Positions 1 to 12,509 of a stretch of DNA of 64,000 nucleotides are shown piece by piece. Both the position numbers and the translations under genes were made by a program. This stretch comes from Octopus vulgaris (Eukaryota). The notes beneath the pieces were generated by a model. That model had not been told where the DNA came from and did no database searches. It worked only from the letters and a program-made list of their open reading frames with translations. The stretch's first letter is position 1. Each line of letters begins with the position of its first letter. The stretch spans positions 25,978,001 to 26,042,000 of the forward strand of contig OX597825.1 in the NCBI GenBank assembly GCA_951406725.2. The letters are read 5' to 3'.

Positions 1-312
1 ATCAAATTTAAAATATGAAATCTCTATGTAAATGCTTGAAGAAGCACAAAGTGTGATGAGGGAGCAGTAAAATTGTTTCAAACGGAGGACAACCCAATTC
101 GGAGCAGACTATAGGAATAAGGCATTCAGTTTATCAGTAATGGTGTGACATAGTAAACTTTGTCGAAGACGCAGTTTCGGTACCAGCTATTAAAAGTCTT
201 GAAGAACGCGGACGATATGACGAAAGGTTATTTTTCTAGGCTAAACTGATCATTTCTTCATTTTATGTGAAGTAATATAATAACTTCCACGATATGATAT
301 TTACTCAATATT

Positions 313-932
313 TATTTCTTTATTGCCAACAGGGGGATAAACATAGAGGGGACAAACAAGGACAGACAAAAGGGCTAAGTCGATCACATCGATCCCAGTG
401 CGCAACCGGTATTTATTTAATTGATCCCGAAAGGATGAAGGACACAGTTGACCTCAACGGAAATTGAACTCAGAACGTAGCGGCAGACTAAATATCGCTA
501 GGTAGTTCGGCTAAGGATTCTAATTTCTTTATTGCCCACAAGGGGCTAAACATAGGGGGAACAAACAAAGACAGACAAAGGGAATAAGTCGATTACATCG
601 CTCCCAGTGCGAAATTAGTACTTATTTTATCGACCCCAAAAGGATGAAGGACAAAGTTAACCTCGGCAGAATTTGAACACAGAATGTAACAGCAGACTAA
701 ATACCCATTTCTTTACTACCCACAAGGGGCTAAACACAGAGGGGACAAACAAGGACAGACATATGTATTAAGTCGATTACATCGACCCCAGTGCATAACT
801 GATACTTAATTTATCGACCCCGAAGGAACGAAAGGCAAAGTCGACCTTGACGGAATTTGAACTCAGAACGTAGCAGCAGACTAAATACCGCAAGGCAGTT
901 CGCTCGGCTAACGATTCTTCCAGCTCACCGCC
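313..932 (-). mobile_element. tRNA-derived SINE family A, head-to-tail trimer
   Basis: Three monomers (about 313-521, 522-705, 706-932) with B-box GTTCAA and the central GTCGACTTTGCCTTTCATCCTTTCGGGGTCGATAAA domain (resembles the Meta SINE domain, from memory). One 16-bp TSD flanks the whole trimer: ATATTTACTCAATATT 297-312 / ATATTTATTCAATATT 935-950. Confidence 0.9.
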
Positions 933-1724
933 CTATATTTATTCAATATTGCTGTCGATACCCTCGAGTATGTTCATTATATTAGTGAATATAGAGAGCA
1001 CCTGTGCTAAGGATTGACTTGTAAATTGGCATACTTTATTTAATCCTTTATTCTCAGCTCTTTTCCCACTCTGTCCATTCTTTACTTGTCACAATTTCAT
1101 TCAACTGTTTAACATTTTCTTCGTCCTCTTTGAATGTAAGATATTTTGCGTACACAATAATCTTACACGAATGCCATTCACAACATTGTCCTTATGAAAC
1201 ACTATGAATGTTAATTTTCTCTGAGATCTTGTATGAGTTGGTGGCGACAGTAGATATTCTATTAATGTTTTATGGAGGAGATTCTCATAACCCTTTTCTT
1301 TGGTAAATAGAGCTTACTTTTTATTGCTTCTATCGAACTACTTTTACTCTCGTGAACGACAGCGAAGTTTATGAGGCGTATAGGATTAGTGTGTTTATCT
1401 CTTGATTTTGTCAAAGGCTATTCTTGTTCTTGGATTAGTTTTAGTTTCTAATTTTTGTTTTTAGCGGATGTAGACGTATCTATGACTTTTGTTGTGGTTG
1501 TTGGTTTTCTGATTGTGTCGTTTTAAGGTTGCGGTTATGTAATAATTCGAAGTGATTTCCCTCGCCCCGCCGATTCGTTTAGCTTTCAGTGACCTTCTTT
1601 ACATCTGATGTTCCTCTCCATGTGACAAAAACGTTTTGCAATGGACTCATTTAAGCCTCGTCACACATGTATGTCTTGGAATCGATAAACCCACAGACGA
1701 ATGGTAAGTGTGGGTCTCTGAGAA

Positions 1725-1955
1725 GGCGGCGAGCTGGCAGAAAGGTTAGCACACCAAGCGAAATGATTACCGGTATTTCATCTGCCGTCACGTTCTGAGT
1801 TCAAATTCCGCCGAGGTCGACTTTGCCTTTCATCCTTTCGGGGTCGATAAATTATGTACCAATTACGCACTGGTGTCTATGTAATCGACTTAATCCGTTT
1901 GTCTGTCCTTGTTGGTCCTCTCTGTGTTTAACCCCTTGTGGGTAGTAAAGAAATA
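1725..1955 (+). mobile_element. SINE family A, full-length monomer
   Basis: GGCGGCGAGCTGGCAGAAA head, GAGTTCAAATTCC B-box, ends AAAGAAATA; 18-bp TSD GGTAA(G/A)TGTGGGTCTCTG at 1703-1720 / 1956-1973. Confidence 0.92.
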
Positions 1956-2164
1956 GGTAAATGTGGGTCTCTGTGCAAATTTTATATCTGTGCCTTTGAT
2001 TTAGTGGGTGTAGATGGAAGCTAGCTTAGTTTGCTTATTAATGTAGCGTTAGTATTGTGGGTTTGGACTTTCGTGTTCATTTCTGCTTTATTGTTACGGT
2101 TCATTTAAAATTTGCTTTTCCTTCGGTTACTGATGGTTCAGTTGTTGTTCTTGTTATAAGTGTA

Positions 2165-2955
2165 GGCGTGGCTCTGTGGTAAGAAATTCTGGGTTCAGTC
2201 CATCTACGTGATACCTTGATAAATGCCTGTAACTATAGTCTCGGACAGATCAAAGTTTTGTTAGTGCATTTGGTAGACGGATACTGAAAGAAAAGAAACC
2301 GTTAAACCTCCTTCCCGTCATGCAGACTCAAAGAATCGGCTTCCCGTATTCTCAGGTGTATATCCACCCCTCCCGCTGGAGGGGGGGGGGGTGTCCGTGG
2401 CAGGAATACTCATTTCTGGCGGCTGAGTGGAAATAAAAAATGAAGTATTTTGCTCTAACGCACAAAGCGTCCTCTGGTACACGAATCAAAACCACAATCG
2501 TACAATCACGAGTCCAACACCCTTACCACTAAGCTACGTGCCTCCAATAAACTGAACAAAACCCGTTGTGCACACACACACACACACACACAGGCATACA
2601 CACACATGCACGCACAAAGACACGCACCCACACACGCGCAAACACACACGCAACACACGCACACACAAGCACACTCACGCACACGCACGCACACACGCGC
2701 ACATACACACACACATACACATTAATGCGTGTGTGTGCGTGCCTCTTTGTATTTGCATCTGTCTCCCCCCACACAGCACTTGAGAATCGGTGTTGGTGTG
2801 TTTACGTCCCTCTAACTTAAGGGTTCTACAAAAGAGAAAATACAATAAGCAACAGACTTCAAAAATAATTACTGATGTTGACCCATTCGATTAAAATTCT
2901 TCAAGGCGGTGCCCCAGCATGGCCGGAGTCTAATTACTGAAACAAGTGAAAAAAT
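2165..2955 (+). mobile_element. SINE family B (tRNA head, CORE-like segment, internal microsatellite, 3' module), degenerate and interrupted
   Basis: Head 2165-2290 and tail about 2745-2955 align with the intact copy at 56447; interrupted by the 2300-2542 element and a (CA)n tract. Confidence 0.75.
2300..2542 (-). mobile_element. Third tRNA-derived SINE (family C), degenerate
   Basis: Minus strand begins GGCACGTAGCTTAGTGGTAAGGG (A-box), then GGTTTTGATTC (B-box-like) and a CORE-like GAGCAAAATACTTCATTT. Confidence 0.6.
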
Positions 2956-2957
2956 AG

Positions 2958-3519
2958 TTTCTACTCTAGGTACGAGGGCTGAAATTTTATTTTGTGGTGG
3001 AGGAGGCCAGTCTATTAGATCCACCCTAGTACGTAACTGGTACTTAACTTATCGACCCCGAAAGGATGAAAGGTAAAGTCGACCTTGGCGGAATTTGAAC
3101 TTAGAATGCAAAGACAGACGAAATACCTATTTATTTACTAAGGGGCTAAACATAGAGGGGGACAAACGGATTAAGTCGATTGCATGGAAACTAGTGCGTA
3201 ACTGGTACTTAATTTATCGACTACAAAAGGATGAAAGGCACAGTCGACCTCAACGAAATTTGAACTCAGAACGTAACGGCAGACGAAATACCTATTTCTT
3301 TACTACCCACAAGGGGTTAAACACAGAGGGGACAAACAAGGACAGACAAACGGATTAAGTCGATTACATCGACCCCAGTGCTTAACTGATACTTAATTTA
3401 TCGACCCCGGAAGGATGAAAGGCAAAATCGACCTCGGCGGAATTTGAACTCAGAACGTAACGGCAGACGAAATACCGCTATTTCGCCCGGCGTGCTAACG
3501 TTTCTGCCAGCTCGGCGCC
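2958..3519 (-). mobile_element. SINE family A trimer inserted in the 3' tail of a family B copy
   Basis: Three monomers with junctions near 3127 and 3292; the last monomer has the alternative tail ending CCTAGAGTAGAAA. Confidence 0.88.
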
Positions 3520-4747
3520 TTGAAACAAACAATTAAAAGATAAAATATTACTTTTGCTGCTCCTGTTGCTTATAGTGCTTCACCTTCCACTTTGCTGCTT
3601 CTTTAACTGTTGCTGCTACCGCTCAAAGTTGCTGTTGTTGGCGATGATGGTGTTGGCACCGTCTACCGTTGTTGATGTTGCTGCAGTGCTTGTTTTAGCA
3701 GCACAGCAGTGGTAAAAGAAATAGAAAATGTTTAGGTTTCGGTGCTTCTTGTGATGCATGTATACAAAATAAAGTCGAGTATTTACGCAGAGAAAATAAT
3801 AAATAGTGATTTGTTTTGTTTTTTGTTTTTATTACATAAATACAATATTTTATTCCTGTTTATTTTCCATATTTATCAAATGCAGTTCATAGATATGTAT
3901 CCAGCCCAATTAATAGTGAAGTTATTATTATGGGCAATATTATACCCGGGTTCAAAACAATAAAAACATCAGTTCAAAGTAATAAAACGTCGTTCAAAGT
4001 AGCATAGAACAGTAGGAAATATTAATACCAAAGTAGAAGTTGAAAAAAATTCTTTCGTTGAAATATGGTTATGTAAATATTCGTGTTCATTGTGAATTAT
4101 ATAATTTACGTGTTGAAATTCTTTATATTACGTGCCAGTGCTTACAGTGTTCCTGAGATGAGTATGAAGAAAGAGAAATATATATTTATAGAGGAACCGG
4201 CAGAAATGTTTATTAAACTAGCATAGGTTTCCTACAGTGCACGTCGTACAACGGACTGTTCCATTCCAAATACATATCTTATTGCTTTGAGCTATGAGGA
4301 TGTGTAAGCGTAAACGGCAATGGTTTATGTTTTAAAAGCAAGTTTAACAGTAATGAATCGCAGTTGTAAGCTGTGGTGGTTTGAAACTCTAAGCTGCATT
4401 GGTTTGTTGTTTTAAGGTTCTATTGTTTGTAAGGTGTAAAGTATAATGATTTGAAACAGAAAAGGTTGTTCCCTACATGGCTGCAGTCTAATGGCTGAAG
4501 CAAGTAAAAGATAAAGGATATTGTCAGATTAACAGCAATGTTTATCTGGAGATAAAATCTCTTATTGATGTGCTGTGTTTACTGATGCAAAAATATACAT
4601 AAATTAGCAGAAGAAAATTATCCAACAACTGTAGTGAGAATGTGAGATGTACATTTCTGCCTCATTGAATTTTGTCTGGGCATGTTCTGTTAATTGCTCT
4701 TAGGTGTGGTCAGTTATTTCCTAATGCACCCTCAGAAATACATTATA

Positions 4748-4870
4748 TTCTTTTCTACTCGAGGCACAATGCCTGAAATTTTTGGGGAGTGGGTGTCAGT
4801 CGATTAGATTGACCCCAGTAGTAAAGAAATAGGTATTCCGTCTGCCGCTACATTCTGAGTTCAAATTCCA
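4748..4870. mobile_element. Rearranged SINE family A fragments (minus-strand tail fused to plus-strand junction fragment)
   Basis: 4748-4818 matches the alternative tail on the minus strand; 4818-4870 reads GTAGTAAAGAAATAGGTATTCCGTCTGCC...GAGTTCAAATTCC on the plus strand. Confidence 0.7.
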
Positions 4871-6183
4871 ACCTACAGATATGTAGTGTTCACGCAATAT
4901 TTCGGTGTTGAAAAAATCCTTGTAAGGAATCGAAATGTTTATGAATTGCATATGTCGTATAAAATCATATTTAAATTGTGTAGGGTCCTTGTTGGATCAA
5001 GATGCGACACGAGCTGGGTTACTGCAAAATTATTGCTGATAGGGATGTCATCATGTACTGGCTAAATTATGTCCGAAAGCGAAGCGAGGCCTCCTAGTGG
5101 CTGGAAGATTTTCTGCAGGCTGTCTTCAAGGAGGGAAAATAATAATTTTACATTTTGTTTTCTGACACCCTCGCTGTCTATTCATTGTTAACTACTTCCA
5201 CAGTGGATATATTAATTCATTTTGTAGAGGAATAATATATCGGCTGATTCAAGAAGTGTAGAAACAGTGTGATAACGACAGATAGTAAATAGCAAGGAAA
5301 CGACATGATTATATTTAATGCTGGTGCCATTTATGATATTTCAGCTATTTAAAAAAGATAGAAATAAGCAGCAGTCAAAAGATTAGTAACAAACATGATC
5401 CTATTTAGTACTACTAACTATTCTTCATTGAACGAGTAGGAATATAGTTGAAGGCATTTACTGAAATATGAAGCAAGTCAAATATTGGATTGCGTATAGA
5501 TATCATTTGGACATCACCAGCATAGTATAAGCGATCCCCTGGAGATAGTCAAGAGAAAAGTGAGTGAAATTTTTTCTGCATCCTCGTTGGAGGCCCATCA
5601 TTCCATCATGACATGTTATTTCATTGCACTGGTATAAACAGCAATTTTTAAAACAATATTTTGTTTTCAAATTTTATTCGATGCATATTTGCAAATATCT
5701 TTGGCATTGTTTTTTTAGCGTTAACACTGCTCCACACATTTTGTGTTTTGGTTATAATAATATTCATGGATTTATAATAGCCTTTTTTTAATTGTTTAAC
5801 TATGCGTGTTGACGCATTTGATAATGTTCACTCTCTATTTTGATTTCGCTTTGTAAAAAGTGTTCTGTTCTTTATTACATTTGGGGACAATGTCATTACT
5901 GGTCCTCTGCCTGTTTTTCTCTTGATGTACACGTCATTATTGTAGCCTTTATGTCAACATGAAGCAGCACTGTGTCTAAAAAAAATAAAAAAATAAAAAT
6001 ATTCTCCCGTCATAGGAAACGCACATCTGGGTTATCCAAGCAAGGATCCCATGGGAAATAATCTGGAAAGGAAACAAATTTCATTCAATAAGAATGTTAA
6101 CAAATGAAAATCTTTGGATCTTGTAGAACAACGCAGAACACTTCAGGGCATGAAACAACAGCAAACAACAACAGTTTTTGCTG

Positions 6184-6184
6184 T

Positions 6185-6247
<63 letters not shown>

Positions 6248-6320
6248 GACGACGACGACGACGACGACGACCACGACGACCACGACGACGACGACCACCA
6301 CCACCACCACCAATAACAAC
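6184..6320. repeat. Compound trinucleotide microsatellite (CTA)n-(CGA)n-(CCA)n
   Basis: Directly visible. Confidence 0.97.
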
Positions 6321-6514
6321 AGCATTAGTGATGATGATGACGACAACGATGACGATGGTGATGTTGATGAACTCATTTATTTGACACGTGGAGTGTCAAC
6401 AGAAATAACATTAACATCAAATTCCAATTTCTGTTGATGGATAAATGGAATCGAGTGAAAAGATAAAGCAACAAAGTGGGTTAGAGAAAAGCCACGGAAA
6501 AGACACCTACAAAA

Positions 6515-6733
6515 TAGGAAGTGCAGAAATGTTGCTGATTTTGGGTAAAAGGAAATAGAGGAGGATCATTTAAATATGATTTTATCTAACTTATTTCCCT
6601 CTCAGGTGCACACACTTAGTGCAGGGGTCCTTCAGTTTTTCTAAGCCCTGCAAAAAGAAGTCGGAATGATGGGCCCCCAACAAGGTCCTTCAGGATACCC
6701 TTAAAGCCAGAAGCATTTTATCACCTCCTCGTA
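6515..6733 (-). mobile_element. Non-autonomous mariner derivative (MITE-sized)
   Basis: Right end rc TA-CGAGGAGGTGATAAAATGCTTCTGGCTTT resembles the degenerate left end AGGAAGTGCAGAAATGTTGCTGATTT. The interior translates on the minus strand to FFLQGLEKLKDPCTKCVHLRGK, like a mariner transposase C-terminus. Confidence 0.7.
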
Positions 6734-6926
6734 TATGGTTACACGGAAGGTTCCATCATATAGGATAGAACAAAACCTCAAACTAGGGTTAATGAAGGGA
6801 CTCTACTTGTTCAAATTCAATCTGAATATCAACTGGTCTTCAGTCTACAGGTGCAATCTGATATCAACAACGACAACCACTACAGAAGCCACAATAACGT
6901 TAATAATACAGAAAATAAAATAGTAT

Positions 6927-7055
6927 TGATGATGATGATGACGATGATGATGATGATGATGATGATGATAATGATAATGATGATAGTGATGGTGGTGGTG
7001 GTGGTAGTGGAGATGATGATGATGATGATGATGATGCTGTTGTGGTGGTGGTGGA

Positions 7056-7088
<33 letters not shown>

Positions 7089-7148
7089 GGTGGTGGTGGT
7101 GGAGATGATGATGATGATGGTGGTGGTGGTTGTGGTGGTGGTGGTGAA

Positions 7149-7179
<31 letters not shown>

Positions 7180-7458
7180 CTGTGGTGGTGGTAGTGGAGA
7201 TGATGGTGGTGGTGGTGGTTGTGGTGGTTGTGGTGGTGGTTGAGATGATGATGAGGATGCTGTGTTGGTGGTAGTGGGGATGATGATGATGATGGTGGTG
7301 GTTGTGGTGGTGGTGGAGATGATGATGATGATGGCGGTTGTGGTAGTGGAGATGATGATAATGATGATGATGATGATGATGTGGATAATGGTGATGATGA
7401 CGGTTAGGATGATAATAGCGACGAGGATGGGGGTGAAGATGATGACTACGGTGATGGT
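6927..7458. repeat. Complex (GAT)n/(GGT)n microsatellite
   Basis: Directly visible. Confidence 0.97.
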
Positions 7459-7787
7459 AAATCCAGTTGTTATAGAATGACAGCTATTTGTCATTTTAAG
7501 TGCTCGGAGTAGTTTTCAAAATGTGTTTTTTTTTTCTGGATTGGAAAACTGCAAACAAATATATAAAAAAACAAAGCGAATGAAACATTTATAGAAAAGA
7601 AAGGAAAGCAAAAGAAAACAATAATCTAAATTACAGTTTTCTAGAATGTTCTTGAGGAAAATATAAACACAGTGGAAGAAATAGTATACATATGCCTACA
7701 TATGTGTTGTGAAGGAGTTTGTATTTGTACGTGTGCGCATGTATGTATGTGTACGTATGTATGATTATATATATATATAAGTTATCT

Positions 7788-7824
<37 letters not shown>

Positions 7825-8009
7825 AACATATGTATATACATATGTACACACATATATATTCACATCTCAAAGCATTATTTTGATTACACAGTCACGTCTG
7901 CGCTTTTATTTGTTTTATACTGCCCACACTCAAACTGTAATTGATAACTTCTTTTATTTCATTTTCTTTTTTCTTTTTCTTCTTGTTCTTCTTCTTCTTG
8001 TAATTACTA

Positions 8010-8342
8010 TCGTTATTATTATAGAATGAGAAAGAAGTGTATGCCATCAAAGTGATAAGGGGGTAAAATATAGGATGCACATGCATCACAGCTATATGTA
8101 CGCGACATGGTGATCTCATATCAAGATAAATAGTGCATGACCTGGCTATGGTGCTCACCCACTACTTCTGGTCATAATCAGAGATGCACATATTGTCAGT
8201 CACTAAGGGACATGCTCAACTGGTTAAGGTCAAACAACTGACCAGCAATTCTGTAGGTCTCAGCAAATTATTTGCTGTAGCCCATCTTATATGCCAAGAA
8301 AAAACAATGTACATAACACTCCCAAGAAGTTAAGATCAGAAG
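8010..8342 (-). mobile_element. Unclassified interspersed repeat with (AAT)n tail, copy 1
   Basis: Aligns with 49345-49535 (same orientation) and 25897-26030 (opposite); all three end at an AAT/ATT run. Confidence 0.65.
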
Positions 8343-8670
8343 CAAGAAGAAGGAGAAGAAGAAGGAGAAGAATGAAGAAGGAGAAGAAGAAGAAGAGGAA
8401 GAATGAAGAAGAAGAAGAAAAAGAAGAAGAAGAAGAATGAAGAAGAAGAGGAGGATGAAGAAGAAGAAGAAGAAAAAGAAGAAGAAAAAGAAGAAGAAGA
8501 ATGAAGAAGAAAAAGAAGAAGAAGAAAAAGAAGAAGAAGAATGAAGAAGAAGAGGAAGAAGAAGAATGAAGAAGAAGAAGAAGAAGAAGAAGAATGAAGA
8601 AGAAGAAGAAGAAGAAGAAGAATGAAGAAGAAGAGGAAGAAGAAGAATGAAGAAGAATGAAGAAGAAGAG

Positions 8671-8702
<32 letters not shown>

Positions 8703-9115
8703 ATGAAGAAGAAGAGGAAGAAGAAGAATGAAGAAGAATGAAGGAGAAGAGGAAGAAGAAGAATGAAGAAGAAGAGGAAGAAGAAGAATGAAGAAGAATG
8801 AAGGAGAAGAGGAAGAAGAAGAATGAAGAAGAAGAGGAAGAAGAAGAATGAAGAAGAAGAGAAAGAAGTAGAGAGGAGGAAGAATGAAGAAGAAGAGGAA
8901 GAAGAAGAATGAAGAAGAAGAAGAAGAAGAAGAATGAAGAAGAAGAAGAAGAAGAAGAATGAAGAAGAAGAAGAAGAAGAGGAAAAAAAAAGAAGAATGA
9001 AGAAAAAGAAGAAGAAGAAGAACAGGGAAGAGTAGAAGAAGAAGAAGAAGTAGAAGAAGAAGAAGAAGAAGAAGAAGAAGAAGAAGAAGAAGAAGAAGAA
9101 GAAGAAGAAGACGAA
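8343..9115. repeat. About 770-bp (GAA)n-based polypurine tract with local 60-bp higher-order period
   Basis: 8701-8760 and 8761-8820 are identical 60-mers. Confidence 0.97.
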
Positions 9116-9967
9116 GGGCAGGTCTGCATATAACGGATTTTTTTGTTTTTCTAGTCGTATGCTGGTCGTTGGTCAGCTAATACAAACAGAACAATCGCTA
9201 CCGAAATTAATTTGATGGAAGAACATATATTTGACCCCACGACGGCGTAAGTCAGCAACAACTGAAAGTTAAAGGATCTATTAAGAAGATAACTAGACAA
9301 TTGTCCGGTATCAAATGATGATGTCTATCATGTATATTGTGGGGAGGCGCGATTTATGATCCTAATGTGTAAGTGATACACACAGGAACAAAAATAGAGT
9401 AGAGATGGAAGAGGAGGGGAGGTCCTAAACGGGGGCAGTGAAGTCCTAAAAACCGGCGCAGAAAATATTTAGAGTTTAATTTAAATAGTGGTCAGGATGA
9501 TTTTAAACTATATAAGTTCTACAGGTATGGTCAAAATAAAGGCTAAAAGAATAATAAATACAAAATGGAATGCATGAGCGCAGTGATATATAGTTATTGG
9601 TACATGGGTATATATATATATATATATATATATTTATACACATAAAGATACACACACGCACACACGCGCGCGCACACACACGCACAAACACGGTGGCACT
9701 TAAAGAAACACAGCAACCCACACACACGCCCGCACCCAAACACAACATATATGTGTGTATATGCATAGATATATACATACATGTATACATACATACATAC
9801 ACATATACATACATGCACTGGCATACATACATATACATGTACATACATACCTATATATACATATATACACATACATGTATATAAATATATAATATAAACA
9901 ATACAGATATATGTATATATATAATAATAAATAATATCTATGTATATATATATATGTATATATAGGT

Positions 9968-10200
9968 ATAGGACATCACTAACTGCGCAAACAACATAGA
10001 ATATGTAAAAACAGGACAAGTAAAGGCAGAGAAGGGACCCTTCGTCTGATATCCGCTGTCTATCTACTACTCATTTCAAGCATTACACGACAATATGACT
10101 CTTCAAAGACAGTTGCTTCCATAAGTTCTAAAATAAAATTTAGGATTTACTGAGGATCAAAGTTGGAAGCAAAAACAGGACAGTGGAGACATACAAGGAA
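9968..10200. mobile_element. (TA)n-anchored unclassified repeat, copy 1
   Basis: Shares TGTCTATCTACT and GACAATATGA(C/G)TCTTCAAAGACAG...TTCTAAAATAAAATTTAG with 11030-11185. Confidence 0.65.
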
Positions 10201-10582
10201 ATCAAACAAAAAAAAAAACATGGAACGTCGTTAGACCAGAACGAGAAGAAAGTAGTGAATGCTGGGAGAAATATTTACTTTGGAAAGAGAAAGGTAGAAC
10301 AAGGAGGAAGAAAACGTTCAATCCTTTGAAGACCGTGCAGGAAAAGATTGTCATGTGCGGAAAAGAAAGATGGACGATGGTCACGCGTTAGCAAAGAGAG
10401 AGTAAAAAAGATAAAGAGGGGTAGAGAGAGAGATAGAAAGCGGTGAAAGACGGACTGGGAGGAAAATGGAATTACAGATGTACGGAGGTAGAAAACAGTA
10501 TAGATTAGAGTCGCATCAAAAAGGTGAAGATAAATTTATTTGGAAATGGATGTGTGGCGTTCAATTAAATAAATACAATATA

Positions 10583-10622
<40 letters not shown>

Positions 10623-10901
10623 AAGGGTGAAATATAATTAATTTAATAAGGTCTAGCATTTCTAGATTTATAAGAAATATTATATTGACAAGGAAATGAA
10701 CTTTTGGTTCTAATCCAGAAAAGATTCGTCTATTATTTATCCAAAAGGCTGGGATTTCGTTATTTTCTTTCTCTTTACCATATACGGGTTACAAATTCTG
10801 TTTGTTTGTGGAGACTTTTTTATTAGTAGGAGAAATAGTGACCTATTTGGCTGCTATTTCTAATATTTTCGGTATGTGGTTTTGAGCACTTACCTTTATT
10901 A

Positions 10902-10949
<48 letters not shown>

Positions 10950-10952
10950 TGG

Positions 10953-11188
10953 GTACTGGACGTCACCCACTGTGTACATAACATGAAATGCGAAACCAAA
11001 CGAGCTAAATACGCAAACAACGAGAGAAAAAATGTAAAACACGACAAGTAAACACAGAAAACATCCCTTCATCAGTTGTAGGTTGTCTATCTACTCCTCA
11101 TTTGACAATATGAGTCTTCAAAGACAGATGCTCCCATAAATTCTAAAATAAAATTTAGCATTTATAGAAGGTCATAGTTGGGAACTCC
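10953..11188. mobile_element. (TA)n-anchored unclassified repeat, copy 2
   Basis: Diverged direct copy of 9968-10200; begins TACTGGACGTCAC just after a (TA)n run. Confidence 0.65.
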
Positions 11189-11639
11189 AACTGGTAATAC
11201 AAATTGGAAATCGGAGAAATATCTATGGACATATTCAAAAAAAAGTAAAATAATAATTATGTTATATAGAATAGTGTCAAGGATCAGGTGAGAAATGTAA
11301 AATGAAAAACATAAAGTCTTGTTATATCTGCAGTAAGTGTCTAAACCTTATATAAATCTGAGATGAAGTCGTGGTGGCGGTATGTTACATAAAAGGTACA
11401 TAAATTCCGTTACATAATTGAAAATAAAAGCAGAGAATGAAATAAAAGGAACTGGATAGGAAAACACAAAAGGGAAGGAAAAATAATAAGGGGAGAAAAA
11501 ATAAGAATGTAATACTTTAAAACTCCCGTAAGTTCAGGTGAAATGTGAATGACTATTAATATAAAATTCTCAACTTATAAATATAATTAGTTCGTGAGGC
11601 TGAAACCGGAAAAGAATGGTGGAAGGCAGTCATCAAGTA

Positions 11640-11824
11640 TTTTGTTTTTGGATTTGGTTTGCAAGATTCTTGATATGAGTTCGTGTGTTGCAGCATATTC
11701 TGTTGTGTCTGGGGAGAGTCATTTTCTTTTTGTGCCTTATAATGTAACACACTGTGGAAATTTTTCGGTGAGTGTGTTACATTATAAGGCACAAAAAGAA
11801 AATGACTCTCCCCAGACACAACAG
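11640..11824. mobile_element. Short insertion with perfect 54-bp inverted repeat and 13-bp TSD
   Basis: Arms 11700-11753 and 11771-11824, 17-nt loop; direct repeat CAGTCATCAAGTA at 11627-11639 / 11822-11834. Confidence 0.85.
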
Positions 11825-12272
11825 TCATCAAGTAGATCAGGAGAAATAAGAAAAGTGGTGGAATATAATCTATAGAAAAAATTACTAAAAAAGATTATAA
11901 ATCCTAAAAGCTAGAGAACTGGATTTAGAAAGGTGGAAAGAGTCGAACATGAAAGGTTGGAGGTGAAACCGGTTTCAACCGGTTTACACATTTAAAACGT
12001 AAGTGTGGTGACTCCCCGTTCTCTTTCACTTTGTCTTCCGATCGTTTTCCTCCCCCTACTTCCCTTTCTCCTACCTATCATTATATGTGTCCTCCCTCTT
12101 GGTTCTCCCCACCTCCTCCACGTAATATCTATCCCAGTTACTCATCCTGCATCCACACGTCTACTCCCGTCTCATATTTTCCTAAGAACGTCTGAAGGAG
12201 ACACAATGTAATATGGCACCTTTGATGCAAGTCCAAGGAAGTATGTCGCCAATGTCTAAAACCGCAAATATA

Positions 12273-12509
12273 TATTTCTTTATTGCCCACAAGAGTCTAA
12301 ACTTAGAGGGGACAAACACAAACAAGGACAGACAAAGGGACTGAGTCGATTACATCGACCCCATTGTGAAACTGGTACTTTATTTATCGACCCCGAAAGG
12401 ATGAAAGGCAAAGTCGACCTCGGCGGAATTTGAACTCACAACGTAACGACAGACGAAATACGGCTACGCATTTCGCCCGGCGTGCTAACGTTTCTGCTAG
12501 CTCGCCGCC
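12273..12509 (-). mobile_element. SINE family A monomer
   Basis: Full head to tail; TSD AACCGCAAATATA 12260-12272 / 12516-12528. Confidence 0.92.

Noticed and set aside
960-1700. Possible very old LINE coding remnant on the minus strand
   Set aside because: Only vague motif similarity; no diagnostic motif could be read.
4870-6100. Possible hAT transposase remnant (RCDTSW at about 5001)
   Set aside because: Single short motif, no supporting frame or TIRs.
11045-11105. Minus-strand CTGATGAAGGG as a type II hammerhead (similar order near 10040-10085 and 16110-16165)
   Set aside because: Stems I and III could not be paired convincingly in any copy.
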